64,000 nt of DNA, from assembly GCA_963778815.1 (NCBI GenBank), contig CAVZVS010000004.1:771987-835986 (forward strand), in the 5' to 3' direction. This stretch comes from an uncultured Chloroflexia bacterium (GTDB lineage: Bacteria > Chloroflexota > Limnocylindria > Limnocylindrales > CSP1-4). The notes beneath the pieces are model-generated. The model saw nothing but the letters and a program-made list of their open reading frames with translations. It was not told the origin of the DNA and did not search any database. Both the position numbers and the translations under genes were made by a program. Of the stretch, positions 25,945 to 35,178 are shown one piece after another (the stretch's first letter is position 1; each line of letters opens with the position of its first letter).

Positions 25945-27305
25945 GTCTGCGGGTCATCGAGGGCGGCCGCAACGAAGGCTCATCGACGGGCCTGCTCATC
26001 CTCGGGGCCAGCGCGGTCGTGACCATGGCCGGTGGCCTGCGCCGGGGCGAGACCCAGGGCAGCACGGTCACCCTGACCGGTCGACCGGGCAATGGGCCCG
26101 ACGCGCCCGACGGACCGGCGGTCGCTACATGGGGCGATCGGATCGTGGCGGCCGGACCGCGGGCCGAGGTGATGGCGGGTCTCGAAGCTGCCGGTCTGTC
26201 GCTGTCCCGGTTCACCCATCTCGACGCCGCAGGCGGAGTGGTCACGCCCGGTCTGATCGACCCTCACACCCACCTGTTGTTCGCTGGGTCCCGCGCCGGC
26301 GAGCTCCAGCTCCGTCAGCGCGGCGCGGGCTACCTCGACATCCTGGCCGCTGGGGGCGGCATCCTGTCGACCGTGGCGGCGACCCGGGCCGCGTCGGCCG
26401 ACGATCTGCTGGCCCACGGCCGGCGCTGGCTCGACGAGATGCTCGGCCACGGGGTCACCACGATCGAGGCGAAGTCGGGGTACGGGCTCGATCTGCCGAC
26501 GGAGCTGCGCCTGCTCGAAGTCGCCCATCGTCTCGGCCAGGAGGGCCCCATCGACGTCCTCCCGACCTGGCTGGGGGCCCACGCCGTCCCGGCTGAGTGC
26601 AAGGAGCGACGTGACCCGATCGAGGCGTATGTCCGGCATCTGATCGACGAACAACTGCCGGGAGTGGCGGCTCAGGGCCGGGCCAGGTTCGCCGATGCGT
26701 TCTGCGAACGGGGCGTGTTCACGCCCGACCAGAGCCGGCGGGTCCTCGAAGCCGCTGAGACATTCGGGATGCAGATCAGGCTGCACGCCGATGAGCTGAC
26801 CCCGTCGGGCGGCGCCGAACTCGCAGTCGAGCTCGGGGCCCTGTCGGCCGACCACCTCGCGGCCCCATCGAGCGCCGGCATCGACGCCCTGGCCGATGCG
26901 GCCGGGTCGGGCCGGCCGGTGGTGGCGGTCGTCCTGCCGGCGACGACCTGGTTCCTGATGAAACCGAGCGGAGCACCGGCCCGGATCTTCATCGACCGGG
27001 GCATCCCGGTCGCCCTCGGGACCGATTTCAACCCCGGGACGTCACCGACCGCTAGCCTGCCCCTGGCGATGACCGTCGCCTGCCTGTCGCTCAAGATGAC
27101 GCCGGCGGAGGCGCTGACCGCCACGACGATCAACGCCGCGCATGCGCTCGGCCTTGGCGACGTCATCGGCTCGATCGAGCCGGACAAGCAGGCCGATCTG
27201 GTCATCTGGCGAGTGCCCGACGTCGATCAGATCCCCTACTGGCCGGCCGCCAACCTCGTCCGGGCGGTGATCAAGCGCGGTCGACCGGTCCTCCAACGGG
27301 ACTGA
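25941..27305 (+). CDS. hutI: imidazolonepropionase
   Basis: PGLIDPHTHLLFAG, TTIEAKSGYGL, IRLHADEL, ALGTDFNPGTSP. Confidence 0.9.
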   Translation: MSLRVIEGGRNEGSSTGLLILGASAVVTMAGGLRRGETQGSTVTLTGRPGNGPDAPDGPAVATWGDRIVAAGPRAEVMAGLEAAGLSLSRFTHLDAAGGVVTPGLIDPHTHLLFAGSRAGELQLRQRGAGYLDILAAGGGILSTVAATRAASADDLLAHGRRWLDEMLGHGVTTIEAKSGYGLDLPTELRLLEVAHRLGQEGPIDVLPTWLGAHAVPAECKERRDPIEAYVRHLIDEQLPGVAAQGRARFADAFCERGVFTPDQSRRVLEAAETFGMQIRLHADELTPSGGAELAVELGALSADHLAAPSSAGIDALADAAGSGRPVVAVVLPATTWFLMKPSGAPARIFIDRGIPVALGTDFNPGTSPTASLPLAMTVACLSLKMTPAEALTATTINAAHALGLGDVIGSIEPDKQADLVIWRVPDVDQIPYWPAANLVRAVIKRGRPVLQRD

Positions 27306-27313
27306 CCGACAGG

Positions 27314-27988
27314 TCAGACCTTGCCCCGCGCCTCGAGCAGGATCGTGGTCGTGTCGACCGGCAGCTGCGACATCGAGATGCTCAGGCGGGCCTGGGGCGG
27401 TGGCGGCGTCGCGCCCATCTCGTGGAGGAAGCGGGCCATCGCTTCGGCACATTCGGCCTCGTCCTCGCAGACCGGCATCGGGACGACGATCCGTGGATCG
27501 AGCTGGGCGACGAGCTCGGCCGCCTTGGTCGCAGTCAGCGCGCCGCCGATGGGCACGCAGGCGATGTCGACCGGACCGATGTCGCCGAGCTTCTCCTCGG
27601 TCAGCAAGTGCCCGATATCGCCGAGGTGGATGGTGTGCATCTGGTCGAGCTCGACCGCGAAGGCGGTCTGGCGTCCGTGGGTCGCGCCGCGGGCATCATC
27701 GCGATAGGTCCGGACTCCGGTGAGCAGGACGTGGCGGACCTCGTACTCGCCGGGTCCGTCCAGGACGAAGGCATCTTCGAGGCTGGTCGGGATGATGCTG
27801 CCACCGTCGCGTGACTTGCGGCCCTTCGCCTTGGGCAGGGGATGATCGTCGGGGTGGCTGAAGGTGACGATCTCGCCGGTGATGCCGCGCCCGGTCGGTC
27901 CGACGATCGACTGGTACGGATCCGCCACGACGACCGCGTCCCTACCCTTGAGGCGGATGCAAGTCCGCCCGTACCAGCTCAGTTCCAT
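27314..27988 (-). CDS. MBL-fold metallo-hydrolase (UPF0173-like)
   Basis: ORF trimmed to ATG 27988. MELSWYGRTCIRLKG..., HLGDIGH, and a VPIGG... C-terminal half. Confidence 0.75.
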   Translation of the reverse strand: MELSWYGRTCIRLKGRDAVVVADPYQSIVGPTGRGITGEIVTFSHPDDHPLPKAKGRKSRDGGSIIPTSLEDAFVLDGPGEYEVRHVLLTGVRTYRDDARGATHGRQTAFAVELDQMHTIHLGDIGHLLTEEKLGDIGPVDIACVPIGGALTATKAAELVAQLDPRIVVPMPVCEDEAECAEAMARFLHEMGATPPPPQARLSISMSQLPVDTTTILLEARGKV

Positions 27989-28042
27989 GCCGTCCGATTC
28001 TGACACAGCGGACTCACCGCCGCGTTACCCCAGAAACGGGAA

Positions 28043-28077
28043 GACCGGAGGCGCCTGCCCAATCGGCGCCTCCGGTC
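28043..28077 (-). terminator. 13-bp perfect-stem hairpin (9-nt loop), terminator-like only on the minus strand
   Basis: GACCGGAGGCGCC-tgcccaatc-GGCGCCTCCGGTC. On the minus strand it is followed by TTCCCGTTTCT. On the plus strand it is followed by a G/A-rich tract. Confidence 0.35.
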
Positions 28078-28257
28078 GGAGGGAGGGAGTGGAACCAACC
28101 TTCGTCGGCTCCAAGGAAGACAGTACGGGGGAGCTGATTTAGGAGCGAGAGGGCAGAGGGTTAAGAAAGGAACATCCGCTCGGAGGGACCTTCGGGCCGC
28201 ACCACCCGGGCCATCTGGTCGACCGACCGATTTGGGGATGCGTGGGAGAATCCGACG

Positions 28258-29544
28258 ATGCACTACCACTTGCCTCGTCTCCGCCTGCTCTCGGTGGCGG
28301 CGGCTTTCCTCCTCGCCGCATGTGGGACAGCGAACGGCAGCGCGACACCGAGCAGCGCGCCGACCACGGCCGGCCCAACGGCCGCGCCGACCACCGCCGT
28401 CACCACGCCACCGCCCGATCCGGCCACGGTCTATGCCCAGATCGAGGCCCAGGTCCAGCAGATCCGCGGGTTGACCGCCAAGAAGCCGGTCGACCCCAAG
28501 CTCCTTGACGAGGCCAAGCTCAAGGCCAACGTCACGGCGAGCTTCGAGAAGGACAACCCTCCGGCCCTGGTCGATGCCAACGAGCGGCTGTACCGCCTGC
28601 TGGGGCTGATCCCGGCCGGCACGTCGCTCAAGGACCTCTATCTCAAGCTGCTCAGCAGCCAGGTCGCCGGCTACTACGACTCCGACACCAAAGAGCTCTA
28701 CGTCGTCTCCCGCTCGGGTGCGCTGGGGCCGACCGAGAAGATCACCTTCGCCCACGAGTTCGACCACGCCCTCCAGGACCAGAACTTCGGCTTGTCGAAA
28801 CTCCAGCTCGACGCGACCGGCGAGAGCGACCGAAGCCTGGCTCGACTGTCCCTGCCCGAGGGCGACGCGACCCAGCTGATGTCCGAGTGGGCGGCTGCCA
28901 ACATGAGCCCGGCCGAGCTGCTCCAGATGCTCAAAGACTCGTCCGATCCTGAGCAGACCAAGATCCTGGCCGAGATGCCGGCGATGCTCAAGGACTCGCT
29001 CACCTTCCCCTACACGAGCGGGCTCCAGTTCATCAACCAGGCCAAGGCCACTGGTGGCTGGCCGGCAGTCGATGCGCTGTATGCCGATCCACCCGTTTCC
29101 ACCGAGCAGGTCCTCCATCCCGAGAAGTACGCGGCCCGCGAGGCGCCGATCAAGGTGGTCTTCCCGAAGGATCTGGCCAAGCGCCTTGGCAACGGCTGGT
29201 CGGTCGACGACGAGGACACTCTTGGCGAGTTCCAGTTGAGCGAGTGGCTCAGCGCGGCCGGCAAGGTCCCGGCCGGGGTGGCAGCGACCGCGGCCGCCGG
29301 CTGGGGCGGCGATCGAGTGGCCCTGGTCCGCAACGGCGACCGCAACGGAGCGGTCATCGATACCCGTTGGGATACCCCCAAGGACGCCGCCGAGTTCGCA
29401 GCCGCGGCCCAGACCGCGCTCGACACTGTCGGCGGCCCGCATGCCTTGATCGCGATCGACGGGACCGACCGGGTCACCCTCTTCGTGGCGACCGACGACG
29501 CGACGATCAGTGCCCTCGGCAGCGCTCTCGGTCTGGCCGGCTAG
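28258..29544 (+). CDS. lipoprotein with HExxH zinc-metalloprotease motif
   Basis: MHYHLPRLRLLSVAAAFLLAAC is a signal peptide plus lipobox, followed by a Pro/Thr/Ala linker. The motif is FAHEFDHALQD. Confidence 0.6.
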   Translation: MHYHLPRLRLLSVAAAFLLAACGTANGSATPSSAPTTAGPTAAPTTAVTTPPPDPATVYAQIEAQVQQIRGLTAKKPVDPKLLDEAKLKANVTASFEKDNPPALVDANERLYRLLGLIPAGTSLKDLYLKLLSSQVAGYYDSDTKELYVVSRSGALGPTEKITFAHEFDHALQDQNFGLSKLQLDATGESDRSLARLSLPEGDATQLMSEWAAANMSPAELLQMLKDSSDPEQTKILAEMPAMLKDSLTFPYTSGLQFINQAKATGGWPAVDALYADPPVSTEQVLHPEKYAAREAPIKVVFPKDLAKRLGNGWSVDDEDTLGEFQLSEWLSAAGKVPAGVAATAAAGWGGDRVALVRNGDRNGAVIDTRWDTPKDAAEFAAAAQTALDTVGGPHALIAIDGTDRVTLFVATDDATISALGSALGLAG

Positions 29545-29555
29545 GTCGCCGAGGC

Positions 29556-31250
29556 TTACATCTGGTCGGGAGCGGAGATCCCCAGCAGGCCCAGGGCATT
29601 GGCCAGAGTGGTCATGGTCGCCGCGACGAGTGCCAGACGCGCGCTCGATCGGGCGGGATCGGCGCTGTCGACCACCTTGGCATCGCGGTAGAAGGCATGG
29701 AACGTGGACGCCAGCTCGGTCGCGTAGGCGGTGATCGTCTGGGCCTCTTCGGCTGTGGCGGCATCCTCGACCACTTCGGGCAAGCGGATGACCTCCCGGA
29801 CGAGAGCCGCTTCGGCCGTGCCCTCGAGGTCGCCCGGTGCGATCGCCGCGACCGGCACCAGGCCCGCCTCGGCCGCCCGGCGCAGGATCGAGGCGATCCG
29901 GGCATGGGCGTACTGGACGTAGTAGACCGGGTTCTCGTTGGACTGTCTCTTGGCCAGTTCGATGTCGAAGTCGATGGCCGAGCTCGGTCCGCGTGAGGCG
30001 AAGAACCAGCGCGCCGCGTCGACCCCGATCTCGGCCAGCAGCTCGTCGAGGGTGATGAACGTGCCGGCTCGCTTGCTCATCGCCACGTCCTGACCGTCGC
30101 GGACGAAGCGGACCCAGGCGACCAGGAGCATCCGCACGGCGGCCTTGTCGTAGCCCATCGCCTCAGCGGCGTTGCGCACCCGGGCCACGGTCCCGTGATG
30201 GTCCTGCCCCCAGATGTAGATGAGCTCGTCGAAGCCGCGGCTGAACTTCTCGGTCACGTAGCCGATGTCCGAGGCGAAATAGGTCGGCTCGCCGTTCGAG
30301 CGGACGATCACCCGATCTTTGTCGTCGCCGAAGGTGGTCGATCGGAACCAGGTCGCGCCGTCGGCCTGGTAGATGTGACCGGCCGCCCGGAGACGCTCCA
30401 CCGCCCGCTCGACCCAACCCTCGTCGTGGAGTGAGCGCTCCGTCTTCCAGACGTCGAAAACGACCCCGAGGTGCTCGAGCGAGGCCTCGATCCCGGCCCG
30501 GACCCGTTCCGACGCCCAGCGGCCGACGATGCCGGTCGCGTCCGCGCCGGGCGCCTCGGCTTCCGCCCACACGTCGTCCGGCAGCAGGGCGGCGAGATCG
30601 GCCACGTAGTCGCCGTGATAACCGTCGTCCGGGACGGGCTCACCGTGGCGGGTCGCGATGACCGACGTGCCGAGCTTCCAGACCTGGGTCCCGGAGTCGT
30701 TGAAGTAGTACTCGCGGGTCACCCGCTGACCGCCGGCCTCGAGGACCCGACAGAGGAGGTCCCCGACGAACGCCCCGCGGGCATTGCCGATGGTCAACGG
30801 ACCGGTCGGGTTGGCCGACACGAACTCGACGTTGACGTGGCGGGGCATGGCCGCCGGCACCCGCCCCCAGGCAGCCGGCGAATGGAGGATCCGGTTGACC
30901 GTGTCGGCCAGGGCGCGGTCCGTGTAGCGCACATTGATGAACCCGGGTGCGGCGACCTCGACGCTGCCGACCGGGGTCGCCTCCGGGTCCGTCGCGGCTT
31001 CCTGGGCAAGGCCGTCGGCCAGGATCCGGGCGATCCGGAGCGGGGCCTGGCGGTACGGCTTCGCGAGGCGCATCGCGAGGTTGCTCGCGGCGTCGCCATG
31101 ATCCGGGTTGGCCGGTCGCTCGATCCCGACGACGGGGGCTTCGACCGGGTCGATCGCGGGCAGCTCGCCCGACGCGATCGCCCCGGCCCAGGCGCGCTCG
31201 ACCGCCAGGCGGAGCTGGCCGCGCAGGGTCGGGTCGCTGGTCACAGGCAC
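29556..31250 (-). CDS. argS: arginine--tRNA ligase
   Basis: 564 aa. FVSANPTGPLTIGNARG (HIGH region), AMSKRAG (KMSKS-like), and a C-terminal DALR anticodon-binding domain ending ...GISAPDQM. Confidence 0.96.
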   Translation of the reverse strand: MPVTSDPTLRGQLRLAVERAWAGAIASGELPAIDPVEAPVVGIERPANPDHGDAASNLAMRLAKPYRQAPLRIARILADGLAQEAATDPEATPVGSVEVAAPGFINVRYTDRALADTVNRILHSPAAWGRVPAAMPRHVNVEFVSANPTGPLTIGNARGAFVGDLLCRVLEAGGQRVTREYYFNDSGTQVWKLGTSVIATRHGEPVPDDGYHGDYVADLAALLPDDVWAEAEAPGADATGIVGRWASERVRAGIEASLEHLGVVFDVWKTERSLHDEGWVERAVERLRAAGHIYQADGATWFRSTTFGDDKDRVIVRSNGEPTYFASDIGYVTEKFSRGFDELIYIWGQDHHGTVARVRNAAEAMGYDKAAVRMLLVAWVRFVRDGQDVAMSKRAGTFITLDELLAEIGVDAARWFFASRGPSSAIDFDIELAKRQSNENPVYYVQYAHARIASILRRAAEAGLVPVAAIAPGDLEGTAEAALVREVIRLPEVVEDAATAEEAQTITAYATELASTFHAFYRDAKVVDSADPARSSARLALVAATMTTLANALGLLGISAPDQM

Positions 31251-31276
31251 GCGCGCAATCGTAGCCGGTCCACGAC

Positions 31277-32026
31277 TCAGATCGAGAAGCGGTCCCCCGG
31301 GTCGACCACGCTGGCGTCGACACCGGCCAGCTCCTCCGCTGCCCGTGCGGTCGCGGTCCGGTCGTGACCCATCAGGAGATGGGTGATCAGGACGCGCCCG
31401 ACCCCGGTCGCGGCGGCGATCCGGCCGACGTCGTACGCGTTGAGGTGCTCCGAACCGGGTCCGACCGGGTCCGTCCCGAAGGTCGCCTCGCTGAGCAGCG
31501 TGTCGCCGGGTCGGATGAGCGGTCGGAGCGTCTCGGCGTCACCGCAATCGCCCGAGTAGACCAGGCCCGGCCCATCGTCGACGCTGACTCGGAAGCCGTA
31601 GCTCTCCTCGGTGTGCTGGACGAGGCGCGCCTCCAGATCGAAGCCGCCGAGGCGGATCTGCCCGTCGCCGCCCAGACCCTCGATGTCGAGCGAGGCGACC
31701 GCGAAGCCGCGCTGGTCGTGGACCGCATCGAGGCGCGCAGCGAGCGCCGCCGGCCCGACGACCCGGACCCGCCGGGGCGGGTCGAAGTCCCAACGCAGGT
31801 AGTGCCGGAGCGGGACCAGATCGATGAAATGGTCAGGGTGAAGGTGGCTGATCGCGACACCACCGAGCGTGCTCGGCTCGATCGCGCCGGCCAGGTTGGT
31901 GAATGCCCCCTGCCCGAGGTCCAGGAGGATGGCAGCAGGACCGTGGCGGAGCAGGTAGGCCGCCCCGACCGCCCCTGGACGGGAGGTGTAGGCGGGGCCG
32001 GCGCCAAGCACGGTCAGCTCGATCAT
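31277..32026 (-). CDS. MBL-fold metallo-hydrolase
   Basis: MIELTVLGAGPAY... and ISHLHPDHFIDL (HxHxDH motif). Confidence 0.8.
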   Translation of the reverse strand: MIELTVLGAGPAYTSRPGAVGAAYLLRHGPAAILLDLGQGAFTNLAGAIEPSTLGGVAISHLHPDHFIDLVPLRHYLRWDFDPPRRVRVVGPAALAARLDAVHDQRGFAVASLDIEGLGGDGQIRLGGFDLEARLVQHTEESYGFRVSVDDGPGLVYSGDCGDAETLRPLIRPGDTLLSEATFGTDPVGPGSEHLNAYDVGRIAAATGVGRVLITHLLMGHDRTATARAAEELAGVDASVVDPGDRFSI

Positions 32027-32055
32027 CAGGCGACGATGCGGCGCATGCCGCCAGC

Positions 32056-32925
32056 CTACGCGAGGCTGAACCGCTCCGGCAACGCGATGACGACCGGCTC
32101 GCCGCCGCGTCGGAAGGTCAGTTCGGCGAACTCGGCCCGGGCCAGGATGCGGTAGCCCTCGTCAAGACCCCAGGCCAGCCAGTCGGAGCGGTGGGCGTCA
32201 GAACCTGCCGTCACCCGCTCGCCGCCGAGCTCGCGGAATCGCTCGACGATGGCAGCGGGCGGATACGTCTCGCCGACCGAATGGCGGAGTCCGCTGGTAT
32301 TCAACTCGAGCGCCGTGCCGCTCTCGACGAGCGCTCGGAGGGCCGGTTCGTAGAGGTCCGGCCTTGCCCCCAGCTGGGCGGGGGTGACCGACGGATAGAG
32401 GTAACGCTTGACCACGTCGAGGTGGCCGATGGTGTCGAACAGGCCAGACCGGGCTGCCGCCACGACCTGCTCGAAGTACGGCCCGACGACGTCGTCCAGG
32501 GACCTGCCTTCGACCCAGCGGGGGATCCCGGGGCGGGCGTACGGGGACCCCGGCCAATCGTGGACCGAGCCGATGGTGAAGTCGTAGGGGTGCCGGGCGA
32601 CGTGCTCACGGACGTCTGCCTCCCAGCTCGTGTTGTAGGTCAGCTCCGCCCCGAAGCGGATGGCCAGGCCGCGATCCGCCCAGCGCTCGGCGGCTTGGCG
32701 GACCGACCGCTCGCGCTCCTCGAAGCTGGAGTACTCGAAGGCCGGGTCGCGTGGGTCGAAGTCGACGTGATCGGTGATGGCCAGCTCGGCGATGCCCAGC
32801 TCGACCGCGAGGGCCGCGTAGACGTCGATCGGGACCGCGCTGTCGGGCGATAGGTCGGTGTGGACGTGGGCATCGAGCGGGAGGTCGCGCGCCTGGCCGA
32901 GGGCCGGCTGGGGAGTCGGGATCAC
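32056..32925 (-). CDS. PHP-domain phosphatase (histidinol-phosphatase HisJ/HisK family)
   Basis: ORF trimmed to GTG 32925, which overlaps the kbl stop (GTGA). LDAHVHTDLSPDS, ITDHVDF, GSVHDW, GSDAH. Confidence 0.75.
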   Translation of the reverse strand: MIPTPQPALGQARDLPLDAHVHTDLSPDSAVPIDVYAALAVELGIAELAITDHVDFDPRDPAFEYSSFEERERSVRQAAERWADRGLAIRFGAELTYNTSWEADVREHVARHPYDFTIGSVHDWPGSPYARPGIPRWVEGRSLDDVVGPYFEQVVAAARSGLFDTIGHLDVVKRYLYPSVTPAQLGARPDLYEPALRALVESGTALELNTSGLRHSVGETYPPAAIVERFRELGGERVTAGSDAHRSDWLAWGLDEGYRILARAEFAELTFRRGGEPVVIALPERFSLA

Positions 32926-34145
32926 CCGGCGATGAGACCCAGCTCGCGACCGACCCGATCGAATGCGGCGAGGGCAAGGTCGAGCTGGTCGTCGGTGTGG
33001 GCCGCGGTCACGATGGTCCGGATCCGGGCCTTGTCCAGGGCGACCGTCGGGAAGACGATGGGTTGGGCGAAGACGCCCTCGGCGAAGAGCCGATCGCTGA
33101 ACGCGGCCGCGGTGGCCGAGTCGCCCATCATCACCGGCGTGATCGGGGTCTCGGACGCGCCGATGTCGAACCCGAGTCGACCCAGCTCCGCCTTGAAGCG
33201 CCGGGTGTTCGTCCACAGCCGCTCGATCAGCTCCGGCTCGTCCTCGAGGACGTGGATGGCGGCCAGGCAGGCGGCCACGACCGCCGGCGGATGGGAGGTC
33301 GAGAACAGGAACGGCCGGGCCCGCTGGGTCAGCAGGTCGCGCAGGTCCTGCGAGCCGGCGACATAGCCACCGAGCACCCCGATGGCCTTGCTCAGCGTGC
33401 CGACCTGGATCGCCACTCTGTGCTGGAGTCCGAAGTGATCGACCGTGCCCCGGCCGTTCCGACCGAGGACGCCCGACGCGTGCGCGTCATCGACCATGAC
33501 CGCCGCCCCGACCGCTTCGGCCGCGTCGACGATGTCCGGCAACGGAGCGATGTCGCCGTCCATGCTGAACACGCCGTCGGTGACCACCAGGATGAGTCGG
33601 TAGGGTTCGCCGCTGTCGGGACGGCCGTTCTCCTCGGCATCGGCCAGGATCGCCCGAAGCGCCGCGATGTCCGCGTGCGGGTAGATCTTGCGGGGCGCCT
33701 TGGACAGGCGCATCCCGTCGATGATCGAGGCGTGGTTGAGGGCATCGGACACGATCAGGTCGAGCTCGCCGGTGACGGCGCCGATGACCGCGGTATTGGC
33801 CGTGAACCCGGACTGGAAGGTCAGCGTCGCCTCGACCCCCTTGAAACGGGCCAGCTCCGTCTCGAGTTCCTCGTGGAGCGACATCGTGCCGGCGATCGTC
33901 CGGACGGCGCCTGAGCCCGCCCCGTAGCGCTCGACCGCATCGATGGCCGCCTGACGCAGGCGCGGGTGGTGGGTGAGGCCGAGGTAGTCGTTCGACGACA
34001 GGCTGATGACCCGGCGCTCGTCGACCGACACGATCGGCCCCTGGGCAGAACTCATCACCCGCAGCGGGCGGTACAGCTGGCGTGCTCGAAGGTCGGCCAG
34101 CTCATCGGCCAGGAAGGCCAGGGGATCGGTCCGAGGATCCATCAC
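32922..34145 (-). CDS. kbl: glycine C-acetyltransferase (2-amino-3-ketobutyrate CoA ligase)
   Basis: An alpha-oxoamine synthase: SLSSNDYLGLTHHP, DDAHASGVLG, and the VGTLSKA PLP lysine. It is start-stop coupled to tdh. Confidence 0.85.
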   Translation of the reverse strand: MMDPRTDPLAFLADELADLRARQLYRPLRVMSSAQGPIVSVDERRVISLSSNDYLGLTHHPRLRQAAIDAVERYGAGSGAVRTIAGTMSLHEELETELARFKGVEATLTFQSGFTANTAVIGAVTGELDLIVSDALNHASIIDGMRLSKAPRKIYPHADIAALRAILADAEENGRPDSGEPYRLILVVTDGVFSMDGDIAPLPDIVDAAEAVGAAVMVDDAHASGVLGRNGRGTVDHFGLQHRVAIQVGTLSKAIGVLGGYVAGSQDLRDLLTQRARPFLFSTSHPPAVVAACLAAIHVLEDEPELIERLWTNTRRFKAELGRLGFDIGASETPITPVMMGDSATAAAFSDRLFAEGVFAQPIVFPTVALDKARIRTIVTAAHTDDQLDLALAAFDRVGRELGLIAG

Positions 34146-35167
34146 AGCCAGTCCATGATGACCTTGCCTGAGTCGCCTGACCGGGCCGCCGCGAAGGCCG
34201 CCTCATGCTCGCGGAACCCGAATCGGTGGGTGATCGCCGGGCGGATATCGAGCCCGGACTGAAGCATGACCGTCATCTTGTACCAGGTCTCGTACATCTC
34301 CCGGCCGTAGATGCCGCGCAGGGTCAGCATCTTGAACACGATCTCGTTGACGTCGAGCGAGATCTCGCCGGTCGGGATCCCCAGAATGGCCACCCCGCCG
34401 CCGTGAGCCATCGCCGCGATCGCCCCGCGCAGGGCGCTGGCGTTGCCCGACATCTCGAGGGCGACATCGAAGCCCTCGACCATGCCCAGCTCCGCGGCGA
34501 CGTCGGCCAGCTGACGCTGGCCTGGGTCGATCGCCACGGTCGCGCCCATCCGCATCGCCAGGTCGCGCCGGTAGGCGTTCGGTTCGGACACGACGACCAG
34601 GCGCGCTCCGGCGTGGCGGACGACAGCGGTCGCCATGAGCCCGATCGGGCCGGCTCCGCTGATGAGCACATCCTCGCCCAGGACCGGGAACGCCAGGGCG
34701 GTGTGGACCGCGTTGCCGAACGGATCGAAGACCGCCGCGATCTCGGGGTCGACGCCCGGCCAGTGATGCCAGATGTTGGTCATCGGCAGGGTCACGTACT
34801 CCGCGAAGGCGCCGTCCCGGCCGACGCCCAGACCGATCGCCTTGGCGCACAGCTGACGCCGGCCGGCCAGGCAATGGCGGCATCGCCCGCACACGACATG
34901 ACCCTCGCCGCTGACCAGGTCGCCCGGCCCGAAGTCGGTCACGTTCGAGCCGACGTCGACGATCTCGCCGACGAACTCATGACCGACGACGAGTGGCGGG
35001 ACGATGGTCTTGGCGGCCCACGGATCCCACGATTCGATATGGAGGTCCGTCCCGCAGATGCCCGTCCGGTGGACCCGGATGAGGACGTCGTTGATGCCGA
35101 TGGTCGGGCGGGGGACCTCGACCAACTCGAGGCCGGGGCGGGGCCCGGTCTTGACCAGGGCGAGCAT
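34142..35167 (-). CDS. tdh: L-threonine 3-dehydrogenase
   Basis: ORF trimmed to ATG 35167. MLALVKTGPRPGLELVEVP, GICGTDLHI, GHEFVGEIV, CGRCRHCLAGRRQLC, and ...GKVIMDW end. Confidence 0.92.
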   Translation of the reverse strand: MLALVKTGPRPGLELVEVPRPTIGINDVLIRVHRTGICGTDLHIESWDPWAAKTIVPPLVVGHEFVGEIVDVGSNVTDFGPGDLVSGEGHVVCGRCRHCLAGRRQLCAKAIGLGVGRDGAFAEYVTLPMTNIWHHWPGVDPEIAAVFDPFGNAVHTALAFPVLGEDVLISGAGPIGLMATAVVRHAGARLVVVSEPNAYRRDLAMRMGATVAIDPGQRQLADVAAELGMVEGFDVALEMSGNASALRGAIAAMAHGGGVAILGIPTGEISLDVNEIVFKMLTLRGIYGREMYETWYKMTVMLQSGLDIRPAITHRFGFREHEAAFAAARSGDSGKVIMDWL

Positions 35168-35178
35168 CGTCGCCTCGG

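Noticed and set aside
28078-28200. Known structured RNAs: SRP RNA, or the ydaO, M-box, yybP, c-di-GMP and glutamine riboswitches.
   Set aside because: Only superficial purine-rich resemblance. None of the conserved core blocks I can recall is present on either strand. It is left as an unexplained region.
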